Part shown: one piece after another, positions 47,978-62,971 of the stretch
Layout of the letters: every line of letters begins with the position of its first letter
Numbering within the stretch: the first letter of the stretch is position 1
Assembly: GCF_964355755.1 (NCBI RefSeq)
Contig: NC_092672.1
Location: 27,844,437 to 27,908,436 of the forward strand
Direction of reading: 5' to 3'
DNA length: 64,000 nucleotides
Origin: Antedon mediterranea
Taxonomy: Eukaryota > Animalia > Echinodermata
Translations under genes and position numbers: made by a program
Notes under the pieces: generated by a model
The model's database searches: none
What the model saw: only the letters and a program-made list of their open reading frames with translations
What the model was told of the DNA's origin: nothing

Positions 47978-50900
47978 CGGCAGCAGCGGTGGCACAGCAG
48001 CAACAGCAGTAACAGTAATATAGTTAAACTTTGATGAATGCGGGTATCGTAGGTATTCAAAATAGGTGCAAGGACTAGTACACCGTCAACGTCTGTGGAA
48101 GCTGTAATAGCTACATCATCTCCTACTAACCTTGCACCATTAACATGCATTAAATCATTCAGATAACATTTTTTTAGGGAATAGGTTTACTCCAATAATA
48201 AATACAATGATAAATAAAAATACCAGCAGGGTTGGGATGAATTTTAGAGTAGGAGGTTATAGAGGTTCTTGTAAGAAAAAAATAAATAATGAGAGTAATA
48301 TTGACTGAAAGAGCTCTAAGACTAGAGTATCGAGGTCGAGATTAAATCTGTGTTTAGGGATGGAAGCAGGACATAAAGAGTTAGTTGACAATCAAATTCA
48401 GGAAGATGTGCAAGTCCGCTGTGGTTTCTTTCATTACCACATACAAGATAATTACTCTCATCAAGGAAAATCTGCCTTGGTCTCAGGTACAAACACAATC
48501 AAACATTGCCTTAACTCTATAAGTTCATGATTACCACCATATTCAGTCCATTCAATCTTCCAGTCAATAGATGAGCATGTTAACGTCTTCTCTACAGCCA
48601 CCAGTCCAGTGGCAAAATCCCCTCCAAGCGTTTCTTTCATTTGGTGAGCTGAATATGCGACATCCACAGATATGGTAATTAAAAACACACGCAAACTAAA
48701 TGTATATAAACTTTCAAGTAGTATTAAGGTGTAATGAAAAGACTAAACTAAAGTGTTAAAAACAGACGAGAGAGAATTGTTTAGTAATATTAAATTCTAT
48801 TTATCATTTAAAAATTTGAAATATAAGTTCTACAGAAGGCTCTTAATTATTGCACTATGCTATTTTACTGCAGCTCAAAATAGGCCTATAGTACATTCTA
48901 CAGTATAGTAGTTGTGTATGCTTGAAAGTAGCTGTGTATGCTTGATGGTGGCTGTTGTGCACTATGTCTTGACTAACCGATCATTTATTACGTCTTCGTC
49001 AAGATCATAACCATCGTGGCTGGTCGTTTTACCTTTATTGGTTTCGTAGGCTATCAAAATAAAGTGCCCATATAGATTAAAGATGACCTTACCATAGCTT
49101 CTATCACCCCACTTTATCATAAAACTACCAGAGAGAGGTTTCGAGGCTGCTATCAACCTTTCAATAGAAATCGTTGTCCCTTTCTGCCAATTATTGCTGC
49201 TAAATTCGACGTAATCACTCTCATCTTCAACAGATAATCCATGTTTGATGGTTGCAGTGGAGGAGAGGGAACCCGTAGGTATAGTTTGCTGGTAATAGGT
49301 TGATGTTAAAGCGGTTGGTGTCTTTGGTAACGCAAACTTCGGTAACTATAATATCGTTCGGTCGTGCTGCAGAACGAGTGGGTGTATCTGGGAAAAAAAC
49401 CAACATTAGTGTCCAAACAGTGCCAGTTTTCACCTAACCATTTATTAAATATTGTAAGTATGTCACAGTAGAATGGATGCAGACGGTAGGATACTGACAT
49501 TTTTGAGAAAGTGAAAAGTTTACTTGTTTGTGTTACCTTGGCGAATGTCAATCAATGTACAATCAACTCCACAAAAGAAGTGACTATAGCTGAATTATTA
49601 TTATTAGGTTTACATGCTTCTTCCTAAAGCTTGGTTCCCACTAGAACGTAACGCAACGCAAGCGTTTTAACCAATGACAAGCGAAGTTATAGACAGTTAG
49701 CAATCATTTAATTTCATTTCATTATTTATTTGGTCTATTTAAGTATATACAAAACAAAAAAAACTGAAATTGGGGAGACCAGGGTCAACCTAAGTGAACT
49801 TAATCACTGTAGCTGAGCCGGTTGACCCAACCCCAAAGTCAGTTTACACATAAAAGACATAAAGACAAAATACAGTTACAGCGAAGGTTGTTTCATAAAC
49901 AACAAAATAATAAAAAATAAAAATGTCCAGTAATTGAAAATGAAAATGTGAATCTAACATGTCTATTCTGGCGGAGGTTATGTGGTCGATCGCGTGTGAT
50001 TATTTCTTTCTATATTTGTTAGCAGGATTACTCAAAAGTTACTGCCCGATATTTTCATAAGATTCAGCTGTATAGGAACAGGATAACTATTTACACGCCT
50101 AATACATGTTTTAGTCGCATGTATATGTATATGTCCTTGTTATGTGAAAAAACACTTACTTATAGTAAGTACATGGCTGCTACTCAATAGCACTCTCATT
50201 GTTCTATTATTATTTGTTTGTTTTACATTTTTATTTGATTTTCTTCTTCGCTTCGCTTTGAGTCTGATAAAGTAGAAGAGACAAAACAAAACTATTAACT
50301 TACCAAGTTTCAAAAGCATACAGATGAAGATAAGCAAAATAATAAAGCGTGTCGACATCATGTCGGTATTATATTCAGTGTAAAATATTTATCGGTCGAA
50401 AAACAATATATTTTATCAAAGAAACATATAAATATATTTTACGCAGAGCAAGACACTCACTCAAATGGTAAAAATGATCAAATGATCAAGCTTTAAGTAA
50501 TACTACTACAATACAGTAATACTCTGTATGTAATTTTAAGCGGATCAAGCCAAATAATAATGCATTTCAGCTTGACCATTGTTATGCCGATAGGTTCCCT
50601 TGACCTTTTGTGTATCAAATAAAATTCATTAGTTATAATTAATCCATCAATCATTATCCATCAACCATTATCCTTCAGCTTTTTAGTGCATTGTGTTTCA
50701 AAATGTTTTTGTGTACAAAAAATGTGGGTTATAAACATGTTTTACTAGTCTATTAAATTCTAATCCCTCAATTTTCACAGGCTTTATATTATTGAATTTT
50801 ATTGAAATTTAAATAGGTATGATTACATTTTAGTTGAATAATATTATTATAATATATTATATTTGTATTTTTACATCTCACTATGTCGATCGGTTGGTCG

Positions 50901-53900
50901 GTCGGTCGGTAAACACTAACCCAAATTTGAGCACGCGACTGAAGCCATGTATGACCTTGTTAATTTCCAAAGATAGAACAACAATATTGTATCTTATGTT
51001 ATATTTTTTATGCGGACATAATTTGTTGAAATGAATGTTGAATAAATGAGCTATGGTCAACAAGAAAAAAACTACAATAAAACAATTTAAGAAAAAATAT
51101 AAATTGCAAAACCTGTCCTATAATAGTGTTCTCTCCACAAAAAATAATTTCACAAAATTCAACAAGTCTTAAACTTTATTTGCTTTTCGTAAAAGTAAAG
51201 TTAACTGAGATGATAAAAAATGCCATAATAATAAAAATAAAAGTAATGAAAAAAAAATGAAATTTGTGATTTCAGGGTAAAATTGTATAATCAGATATTT
51301 TAAACATAACTTGTTTTCTAAAACTATGGCATAATAATAAAGTAAGTTATTTATACAATATAAGTTCCATGGTAACTATAAACAATACTACATTGTAATA
51401 TTAAAATACAACTAAAATATGTATAAATTAAAAAAACCTTTAAAATTGTTTAATCTAAAATAAAATTCCTACATACATGCACAATGTTTTTCTATGACGT
51501 ATTATTGTGCTTATGTAACGTTTATTCTTTTTTCTAAAAAAACTTCTTTTCACTATAAAATCGTATACAAATCAGATGCTATAGGTTTAAATATATATAT
51601 AACAAAATAATGGAAATGTATTATATAACACTCAGAAAAAAATTGATTGTAAGTCGATAGAAATAATGAAATTTCTAATCAATAAAACTATTTTAAAAGT
51701 ATGTACTATAAATTCATAAAACAGTTACATGGTTGACAGAAATGAAAATAGTTGATAAAATAGCTACCTTTACAGAAAATCATATCAAATATTGGCAAAT
51801 TAGCAACATTGGTATGCCAACCATTACTGTTATTTTGTGTCGTTTTCATTCAACTTATTAATTTCAAAATATGTAAACAATTTTAAAATAACTTGTTTTT
51901 ACATATTGAAAAAATAATAAAATCATGAATGGCTTTCCAACAAAACTGCATATTTGGTCAATGTTAACATTTACATATTATTTTAAATATTTTTTTCACA
52001 ATTTGAATACAGTAATTAGAGACACACATTGAACACACTGATACTAATGATATGTGTAAGTTGTGTGTTTTATTATGTCCTCACTTACATAGCATCCATG
52101 CTTTGTGTTATTTTGTTTTTTTTTTATTTTTATCTTTTATTACAGTAGACGTTGACACAATTGACTTACTTTCAGGTTTTTATTTTAAATGCAATATCTA
52201 AAAGCATCATATAGAATAATTCATGTTTTATAATGTAAAATTGCCATGACAGCAATGAAAGTACTAATTATGATGCATGAATAATAATTTCTTATATTCA
52301 GAGTAAACCCTGTTGACCTTTGACATAGGGTAATGCAGCATTTAAGAAAACTCACTATATTTAGTTGCAGGTGTTTTGAACCTTGATTGGTTATTAGATT
52401 GATTGCAAGTAAGCAGCTCCTGGTTGGCTGCAAGTACAACAGCCCCTAATTGGTTGCAAAAACAGCAAACCTTGATTGCAATCAACTGTCCTGTGATAAA
52501 ATCACCTGATTGGCTATAAGTAACAACAGTCCTGATAGGTTGAAAACTGTTCTGAATGACTTATGCTTGACATGAACTTTACACCTTTATATACTTATGA
52601 ATAATTAATTAATTAATTACAAGGGCCTACATTCTCTCCTCCTACAGCTTCTGATTGAAGATTTACTTCTCCTGAGTGAATCTGTAATTTTGATATGCAT
52701 CCCACTATGCCCATTGTGAACTGGCCACCTGTGTGCCTTGAAACATCTGGTGCTCCACCTGCGAAGAAAAACAAATTTACAATTATATACAAAAGAATTA
52801 AATCATTTTACACATTTTATTTTTTCTTTCTGTTGATATTTCTAAATGGGTAAGGAAAGTTGTGCTGTTCACATCTGAGTGCAATTCAGCCCAGTAGGCA
52901 GCGAGTCGGAAGTTATTCCTCAGCATTTTGGTAATAAATGTTTATTAGTGAAATGGATAGAGTATTTTCAATAGTTAAATAAATCAATCAATCATATCAA
53001 GTCATAACAATATTTAATCTAGGTCCTATTCCATGAATACAAAACATTCATTACCTGTTGTGAAAGCTGAAGGCTAGATTTAGAGCATACAAAGAAATTT
53101 TGCGGAATTTGGAAGAGGAGCGGAGCCATATTCAAACAGACAAAATTCTTAAAATTGTTTACAAAAATGTATAATGTACCACCTAACTGTGAGGATTGAT
53201 CCAAATAATGCATGTCAAGTGATACAAATAAACCAATCAAATGGCAAGGATATGTTATATTATATATTTACCCAAGTAAACTGGACCAGGAACATCCAAC
53301 CTGACATTTTGACCCTCAGCTTCACCTGATGCTTTGTTGACATTATCATCAACTGTCAAATAGCCTAGAGTGCCGCTCCTTTGAATGTAGGCTACATGTT
53401 CAACGTCATCATCAACTCTGAACGCAGTCCACTTGATTTCTGCAATGCCCGACCCAAGTTGGAACCTGCACCAAAAAAAAGGATTGAAATTGTTTGATAA
53501 AATCAACAAGTTGTGAGAGAGTTAAATTTATAATTATTCTAACCATCACATAATAGACATGTCCATAGAAATGATAAAAAGATAAAAAGATAGAAATCAG
53601 ATCATGATTATTTTACTGAGATCAATTGTTGGGCCAATACGGTTGTGTTCAATCACTTGAAAATACTAAATTAAATGCTGATTCGTTGATTTTATCTTAT
53701 GAATTAATTTTATATCTATATATAAATTATGGTTAATTCTGACATAGGCAAGCACAATGCAAAAACTTCGGTATAAATCTCCGCCTTATCTATCTTAGAT
53801 GTACCGGGAAACGTACATTTGATAACATTAGTTTTCAGTACTACGCTATTTTTCCATTTTTGTCTTTTACAATGACAAAATTTAGCGTTACCTAGCAAAA

Positions 53901-54899
53901 TTTGTGGATATCACAGGGTTATTTTCACACTCGCGCTGTTGTTCAACTGGCTTGCGGCAAAATGGCCGTTGGTGGCGAAATTCAATATTAAATACAAATA
54001 TTTTAGTGGTTCAACGTATCGTGAACAAGGCCAACTGCAATTAATTTGTTTTAGATATTCAACTAATCAATTATATTTATTAAAGGCATTTACTTTACGT
54101 GAACTACAATTTGTTTTAGTAATTTAATTATTATTGAAGGCGTTTACTTTTACATGAACTACAATGTGATTTTAGTGATCGTGAACTACAATTTGTTTTA
54201 GTAATTTCACTATTATTGGAGGCGTTTACTTTTACGTGAACTACAATGTGATTTTAGTGATTCAACTGAATCGTGAACTACAATTTATTTGTTTTAGATA
54301 TTCAACTATCAATTATAAAGGCCTTTACTTTACGTGAAATACAATTTGTTTTAGTAGTTTAACTAATTATTTATGCTATTTATTAATCATTCTATCAAAT
54401 TTAAGTGCGATTCAATGTTACTATAGGAGGCTAATTGAACTAATTATTTATGCTATTTATTAATCATTTTATCAAATTTAAGTGCGATTCAATGTTACTA
54501 TAGGAGGCTAATTGAACTAATTATTTATGCTATTTATTAATCATTTTATCAAATTTAAGTGCGATTCAATGTTATTATAGGAGGCTAATTGAACTAATTA
54601 TTATTGCTATTTATTAATCAGATAAAAATATCACATACATAAAAACTAAATAACCGTCTTTAATGCCTAGAGAAATGAAGTCTCTCTGTCTGCCGGCCTC
54701 ACCAGCTTCCTAAAATATTAAGAAAAAAAGTAAATTTTAAAACTTGATTACATAAGTTTAATGAAAGATTTATGTACGTTTGGTTAATATGGAACCTAAG
54801 GGTACATCATAGATACATTAAACGGACTCAACAAAGTGAAAGGAGGTTGATTGTAGTGTACATTAGGGAGTTTTCGCAACCTTACGAATACGAAAACGA
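47978..54899. repeat. Tandem segmental duplication, copy 2 (6922 bp)
   Basis: Junction ...tacgaaaacga|cggcagcagcgg; carries a private 5-bp deletion near 51424. Confidence 0.95.
52613..54709 (-). pseudogene. Duplicated last three perlecan-like exons (copy 2)
   Basis: Exons 54709-54639, 53465-53272, 52758-52613. Confidence 0.8.
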
Positions 54900-57800
54900 C
54901 GGCAGCAGCGGTGGCACAGCAGCAACAGCAGTAACAGTAATATAGTTAAACTTTGATGAATGCGGGTATCGTAGGTATTCAAAATAGGTGCAAGGACTAG
55001 TACACCGTCAACGTCTGTGGAAGCTGTAATAGCTACATCATCTCCTACTAACCTTGCACCATTAACATGCATTAAATCATTCAGATAACATTTTTTTAGG
55101 GAATAGGTTTACTCCAATAATAAATACAATGATAAATAAAAATACCAGCAGGGTTGGGATGAATTTTAGAGTAGGAGGTTATAGAGGTTCTTGTAAGAAA
55201 AAAATAAATAATGAGAGTAATATTGACTGAAAGAGCTCTAAGACTAGAGTATCGAGGTCGAGATTAAATCTGTGTTTAGGGATGGAAGCAGGACATAAAG
55301 AGTTAGTTGACAATCAAATTCAGGAAGATGTGCAAGTCCGCTGTGGTTTCTTTCATTACCACATACAAGATAATTACTCTCATCAAGGAAAATCTGCCTT
55401 GGTCTCAGGTACAAACACAATCAAACATTGCCTTAACTCTATAAGTTCATGATTACCACCATATTCAGTCCATTCAATCTTCCAGTCAATAGATGAGCAT
55501 GTTAACGTCTTCTCTACAGCCACCAGTCCAGTGGCAAAATCCCCTCCAAGCGTTTCTTTCATTTGGTGAGCTGAATATGCGACATCCACAGATATGGTAA
55601 TTAAAAACACACGCAAACTAAATGTATATAAACTTTCAAGTAGTATTAAGGTGTAATGAAAAGACTAAACTAAAGTGTTAAAAACAGACGAGAGAGAATT
55701 GTTTAGTAATATTAAATTCTATTTATCATTTAAAAATTTGAAATATAAGTTCTACAGAAGGCTCTTAATTATTGCACTATGCTATTTTACTGCAGCTCAA
55801 AATAGGCCTATAGTACATTCTACAGTATAGTAGTTGTGTATGCTTGAAAGTAGCTGTGTATGCTTGATGGTGGCTGTTGTGCACTATGTCTTGACTAACC
55901 GATCATTTATTACGTCTTCGTCAAGATCATAACCATCGTGGCTGGTCGTTTTACCTTTATTGGTTTCGTAGGCTATCAAAATAAAGTGCCCATATAGATT
56001 AAAGATGACCTTACCATAGCTTCTATCACCCCACTTTATCATAAAACTACCAGAGAGAGGTTTCGAGGCTGCTATCAACCTTTCAATAGAAATCGTTGTC
56101 CCTTTCTGCCAATTATTGCTGCTAAATTCGACGTAATCACTCTCATCTTCAACAGATAATCCATGTTTGATGGTTGCAGTGGAGGAGAGGGAACCCGTAG
56201 GTATAGTTTGCTGGTAATAGGTTGATGTTAAAGCGGTTGGTGTCTTTGGTAACGCAAACTTCGGTAACTATAATATCGTTCGGTCGTGCTGCAGAACGAG
56301 TGGGTGTATCTGGGAAAAAAACCAACATTAGTGTCCAAACAGTGCCAGTTTTCACCTAACCATTTATTAAATATTGTAAGTATGTCACAGTAGAATGGAT
56401 GCAGACGGTAGGATACTGACATTTTTGAGAAAGTGAAAAGTTTACTTGTTTGTGTTACCTTGGCGAATGTCAATCAATGTACAATCAACTCCACAAAAGA
56501 AGTGACTATAGCTGAATTATTATTATTAGGTTTACATGCTTCTTCCTAAAGCTTGGTTCCCACTAGAACGTAACGCAACGCAAGCGTTTTAACCAATGAC
56601 AAGCGAAGTTATAGACAGTTAGCAATCATTTAATTTCATTTCATTATTTATTTGGTCTATTTAAGTATATACAAAACAAAAAAAACTGAAATTGGGGAGA
56701 CCAGGGTCAACCTAAGTGAACTTAATCACTGTAGCTGAGCCGGTTGACCCAACCCCAAAGTCAGTTTACACATAAAAGACATAAAGACAAAATACAGTTA
56801 CAGCGAAGGTTGTTTCATAAACAACAAAATAATAAAAAATAAAAATGTCCAGTAATTGAAAATGAAAATGTGAATCTAACATGTCTATTCTGGCGGAGGT
56901 TATGTGGTCGATCGCGTGTGATTATTTCTTTCTATATTTGTTAGCAGGATTACTCAAAAGTTACTGCCCGATATTTTCATAAGATTCAGCTGTATAGGAA
57001 CAGGATAACTATTTACACGCCTAATACATGTTTTAGTCGCATGTATATGTATATGTCCTTGTTATGTGAAAAAACACTTACTTATAGTAAGTACATGGCT
57101 GCTACTCAATAGCACTCTCATTGTTCTATTATTATTTGTTTGTTTTACATTTTTATTTGATTTTCTTCTTCGCTTCGCTTTGAGTCTGATAAAGTAGAAG
57201 AGACAAAACAAAACTATTAACTTACCAAGTTTCAAAAGCATACAGATGAAGATAAGCAAAATAATAAAGCGTGTCGACATCATGTCGGTATTATATTCAG
57301 TGTAAAATATTTATCGGTCGAAAAACAATATATTTTATCAAAGAAACATATAAATATATTTTACGCAGAGCAAGACACTCACTCAAATGGTAAAAATGAT
57401 CAAATGATCAAACTTTAAGTAATACTACTACAATACAGTAATACTCTGTATGTAATTTTAAGCGGATCAAGCCAAATAATAATGCATTTCAGCTTGACCA
57501 TTGTTATGCCGATAGGTTCCCTTGACCTTTTGTGTATCAAATAAAATTCATTAGTTATAATTAATCCATCAATCATTATCCATCAACCATTATCCTTCAG
57601 CTTTTTAGTGCATTGTGTTTCAAAATGTTTTTGTGTACAAAAAATGTGGGTTATAAACATGTTTTACTAGTCTATTAAATTCTAATCCCTCAATTTTCAC
57701 AGGCTTTATATTATTGAATTTTATTGAAATTTAAATAGGTATGATTACATTTTAGTTGAATAATATTATTATAATATATTATATTTGTATTTTTACATCT

Positions 57801-60800
57801 CACTATGTCGATCGGTTGGTCGGTCGGTCGGTAAACACTAACCCAAATTTGAGCACGCGACTGAAGCCATGTATGACCTTGTTAATTTCCAAAGATAGAA
57901 CAACAATATTGTATCTTATGTTATATTTTTTATGCGGACATAATTTGTTGAAATGAATGTTGAATAAATGAGCTATGGTCAACAAGAAAAAAACTACAAT
58001 AAAACAATTTAAGAAAAAATATAAATTGCAAAACCTGTCCTATAATAGTGTTCTCTCCACAAAAAATAATTTCACAAAATTCAACAAGTCTTAAACTTTA
58101 TTTGCTTTTCGTAAAAGTAAAGTTAACTGAGATGATAAAAAATGCCATAATAATAAAAATAAAAGTAATGAAAAAAAAATGAAATTTGTGATTTCAGGGT
58201 AAAATTGTATAATCAGATATTTTAAACATAACTTGTTTTCTAAAACTATGGCATAATAATAAAGTAAGTTATTTATACAATATAAGTTCCATGGTAACTA
58301 TAAACAATACTACATTGTAATATTAAAATACAACTAAAATATGTAGGCTATAAATTAAAAAAACCTTTAAAATTGTTTAATCTAAAATAAAATTCCTACA
58401 TACATGCACAATGTTTTTCTATGACGTATTATTGTGCTTATGTAACGTTTATTCTTTTTTCTAAAAAAACTTCTTTTCACTATAAAATCGTATACAAATC
58501 AGATGCTATAGGTTTAAATATATATATAACAAAATAATGGAAATGTATTATATAACACTCAGAAAAAAATTGATTGTAAGTCGATAGAAATAATGAAATT
58601 TCTAATCAATAAAACTATTTTAAAAGTATGTACTATAAATTCATAAAACAGTTACATGGTTGACAGAAATGAAAATAGTTGATAAAATAGCTACCTTTAC
58701 AGAAAATCATATCAAATATTGGCAAATTAGCAACATTGGTATGCCAACCATTACTGTTATTTTGTGTCGTTTTCATTCAACTTATTAATTTCAAAATATG
58801 TAAACAATTTTAAAATAACTTGTTTTTACATATTGAAAAAATAATAAAATCATGAATGGCTTTCCAACAAAACTGCATATTTGGTCAATGTTAACATTTA
58901 CATATTATTTTAAATATTTTTTTCACAATTTGAATACAGTAATTAGAGACACACATTGAACACACTGATACTAATGATATGTGTAAGTTGTGTGTTTTAT
59001 TATGTCCTCACTTACATAGCATCCATGCTTTGTGTTATTTTGTTTTTTTTTTATTTTTATCTTTTATTACAGTAGACGTTGACACAATTGACTTACTTTC
59101 AGGTTTTTATTTTAAATGCAATATCTAAAAGCATCATATAGAATAATTCATGTTTTATAATGTAAAATTGCCATGACAGCAATGAAAGTACTAATTATGA
59201 TGCATGAATAATAATTTCTTATATTCAGAGTAAACCCTGTTGACCTTTGACATAGGGTAATGCAGCATTTAAGAAAACTCACTATATTTAGTTGCAGGTG
59301 TTTTGAACCTTGATTGGTTATTAGATTGATTGCAAGTAAGCAGCTCCTGGTTGGCTGCAAGTACAACAGCCCCTAATTGGTTGCAAAAACAGCAAACCTT
59401 GATTGCAATCAACTGTCCTGTGATAAAATCACCTGATTGGCTATAAGTAACAACAGTCCTGATAGGTTGAAAACTGTTCTGAATGACTTATGCTTGACAT
59501 GAACTTTACACCTTTATATACTTATGAATAATTAATTAATTAATTACAAGGGCCTACATTCTCTCCTCCTACAGCTTCTGATTGAAGATTTACTTCTCCT
59601 GAGTGAATCTGTAATTTTGATATGCATCCCACTATGCCCATTGTGAACTGGCCACCTGTGTGCCTTGAAACATCTGGTGCTCCACCTGCGAAGAAAAACA
59701 AATTTACAATTATATACAAAAGAATTAAATCATTTTACACATTTTATTTTTTCTTTCTGTTGATATTTCTAAATGGGTAAGGAAAGTTGTGCTGTTCACA
59801 TCTGAGTGCAATTCAGCCCAGTAGGCAGCGAGTCGGAAGTTATTCCTCAGCATTTTGGTAATAAATGTTTATTAGTGAAATGGATAGAGTATTTTCAATA
59901 GTTAAATAAATCAATCAATCATATCAAGTCATAACAATATTTAATCTAGGTCCTATTCCATGAATACAAAACATTCATTACCTGTTGTGAAAGCTGAAGG
60001 CTAGATTTAGAGCATACAAAGAAATTTTGCGGAATTTGGAAGAGGAGCGGAGCCATATTCAAACAGACAAAATTCTTAAAATTGTTTACAAAAATGTATA
60101 ATGTACCACCTAACTGTGAGGATTGATCCAAATAATGCATGTCAAGTGATACAAATAAACCAATCAAATGGCAAGGATATGTTATATTATATATTTACCC
60201 AAGTAAACTGGACCAGGAACATCCAACCTGACATTTTGACCCTCAGCTTCACCTGATGCTTTGTTGACATTATCATCAACTGTCAAATAGCCTAGAGTGC
60301 CGCTCCTTTGAATGTAGGCTACATGTTCAACGTCATCATCAACTCTGAACGCAGTCCACTTGATTTCTGCAATGCCCGACCCAAGTTGGAACCTGCACCA
60401 AAAAAAAGGATTGAAATTGTTTGATAAAATCAACAAGTTGTGAGAGAGTTAAATTTATAATTATTCTAACCATCACATAATAGACATGTCCATAGAAATG
60501 ATAAAAAGATAAAAAGATAGAAATCAGATCATGATTATTTTACTGAGATCAATTGTTGGGCCAATACGGTTGTGTTCAATCACTTGAAAATACTAAATTA
60601 AATGCTGATTCGTTGATTTTATCTTATGAATTAATTTTATATCTATATATAAATTATGGTTAATTCTGACATAGGCAAGCACAATGCAAAAACTTCGGTA
60701 TAAATCTCCGCCTTATCTATCTTAGATGTACCGGGAAACGTACATTTGATAACATTAGTTTTCAGTACTACGCTATTTTTCCATTTTTGTCTTTTACAAT

Positions 60801-61826
60801 GACAAAATTTAGCGTTACCTAGCAAAATTTGTGGATATCACAGGGTTATTTTCACACTCGCGCTGTTGTTCAACTGGCTTGCGGCAAAATGGCCGTTGGT
60901 GGCGAAATTCAATATTAAATACAAATATTTTAGTGGTTCAACGTATCGTGAACAAGGCCAACTGCAATTAATTTGTTTTAGATATTCAACTAATCAATTA
61001 TATTTATTAAAGGCATTTACTTTACGTGAACTACAATTTGTTTTAGTAATTTAATTATTATTGAAGGCGTTTACTTTTACATGAACTACAATGTGATTTT
61101 AGTGATCGTGAACTACAATTTGTTTTAGTAATTTCACTATTATTGGAGGCGTTTACTTTTACGTGAACTACAATGTGATTTTAGTGATTCAACTGAATCG
61201 TGAACTACAATTTATTTGTTTTAGATATTCAACTATCAATTATAAAGGCCTTTACTTTACGTGAAATACAATTTGTTTTAGTAGTTTAACTAATTATTTA
61301 TGCTATTTATTAATCATTCTATCAAATTTAAGTGCGATTCAATGTTACTATAGGAGGCTAATTGAACTAATTATTTATGCTATTTATTAATCATTTTATC
61401 AAATTTAAGTGCGATTCAATGTTACTATAGGAGGCTAATTGAACTAATTATTTATGCTATTTATTAATCATTTTATCAAATTTAAGTGCGATTCAATGTT
61501 ATTATAGGAGGCTAATTGAACTAATTATTATTGCTATTTATTAATCAGATAAAAATATCACATACATAAAAACTAAATAACCGTCTTTAATGCCTAGAGA
61601 AATGAAGTCTCTCTGTCTGCCGGCCTCACCAGCTTCCTAAAATATTAAGAAAAAAAGTAAATTTTAAAACTTGATTACATAAGTTTAATGAAAGATTTAT
61701 GTACGTTTGGTTAATATGGAACCTAAGGGTACATCATAGATACATTAAACGGACTCAACAAAGTGAAAGGAGGTTGATTGTAGTGTACATTAGGGAGTTT
61801 TCGCAACCTTACGAATACGAAAACGA
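54900..61826. repeat. Tandem segmental duplication, copy 3 (6927 bp)
   Basis: Same junction at 54899/54900; private substitution at ~57412 (caaactt vs caagctt); continues into unique sequence at 61827. Confidence 0.95.
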
Positions 61827-62971
61827 AAACGGATACGTCACACACACGTATTTGTTTTTCGTAAGCGAGTAAAAATCTGTTTGGTATGGCAACGAAATAT
61901 TGAGGGCGCCATCCAAAATATGACTGCGGTAAATTTGAGCGAAGCGCAGGTACGTGTTGCTTGGTGCTTGGCTGCCTAGGCCTAGCGTAACATCAAAGCT
62001 ATTTATCAAAATTTACCTGGCATTTTAGTAAATTACTTTAGTAAATTACTTTCAATAAAAGTATAATTTTATATTATTAAATCATGAATCATTCCTGATT
62101 CAAATGCAAAATGTGCAAAATAGATTAAAAACTATACTCGTTTTGTAGTTACGAATATAACTGGTGATATTCGTCAACACGAATACGCTTTACGAATATG
62201 AAATGGGGATCAACTCAAAAGTTTCACAAATGTGTGACGTATCCGTTTTCGTTATCGTATTCGTAAGGTTGCAAAACCTCCCGATTCACTGCACATGCGC
62301 ACAATAAAGAACTTGATATACTATTCTAAAAGAGTAGGGGTTTTGCCTACCGGCGCTGATCATGGTATACACTGGACTGTGGCTGCTGTGGGTCAGCAGA
62401 GGGACTAGGTTGAATTTCCTCAACTAAGAGCAAATAATAATACATTTAAATTTAACAGAATTTGAGAATACTTACTACTCCTTGCCAAAGAATGACACCA
62501 TTTGGAGTTAATGTTTTAAAAGATACTTTCAGCTGTTCTTGATCATTTATACTACAGAAAAGAAATATAATAATTATTACATCGATTAAACAGTGTAGTA
62601 TCGGAGGTGGCGTCAAAGAGCACATGTTCAAGTCCAACTTGTTGCATTTCTTGTGTACTTAAGCAAGGCACTTTACTTGCATTTTCCTCGCTCCACTCAG
62701 GTGTACAAATTATTACCTGGTGACAACTGCGCTGATAACTAGCTCAATTATGGAAGTATATAGATCCAAAATGATAAAATAATAATGGAAATAATGTTTA
62801 TAACAACGTTTTATTATATATAAAAATGACCTATTAACATTATTGCTAGTAATTTTTCTATAACAATATGAATTGGCTAAATATTGATAACCTACTTTCT
62901 GGGTATCAAGTCACTTCTCAATGCTAAATATCCATCCCTTGTAACATCTATCGAATTGAAGAATGTGTTGG
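59540..62971 (-). CDS. HSPG2: Perlecan (basement-membrane HSPG)-like gene, last five exons encoding the terminal laminin-G (LG3) domain; 5' part beyond the window
   Basis: Exons 62971-62896, 62551-62476, 61636-61566, 60392-60199 and 59685-59540 splice in phase: ...RDGYLAL..QLKVSFKTLTPNGVILWQGV|EAGEAGRQRDFISLGIKDGYLVFM|FQLGSG...VYLG|GAPDVSRHTGGQFTMGIVGCI...VGPCN*. This parallels perlecan LG3 (LLWQGVEVGEAGQGKDFISLGLQDG..YQLGSG..YIGGAPDVATLTGGRFSSGITGC), recalled from memory. Confidence 0.82.
61790..62285. mobile_element. MITE with ~55-bp TIRs; the duplication breakpoint lies inside its left TIR
   Basis: tagggagttttcgcaaccttacgaatacgaaaacgaaaacggatacgtcacaca vs tgtgtgacgtatccgttttcgttatcgtattcgtaaggttgcaaaacctcccga. 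Confidence 0.8.
62600..62730 (+). mobile_element. Decayed tRNA-derived SINE (CORE/Meta-like central domain)
   Basis: B-box-like gttcaagtcc, then cttaagcaaggcacttta...ctccactcaggtgtacaaat, which resembles conserved metazoan SINE cores. Confidence 0.4.

Noticed and set aside
47978-61826. Pure assembly artefact as the explanation of the triplication
   Set aside because: Each copy has private differences and one carries a TSD-flanked insertion; not fully excluded without reads.
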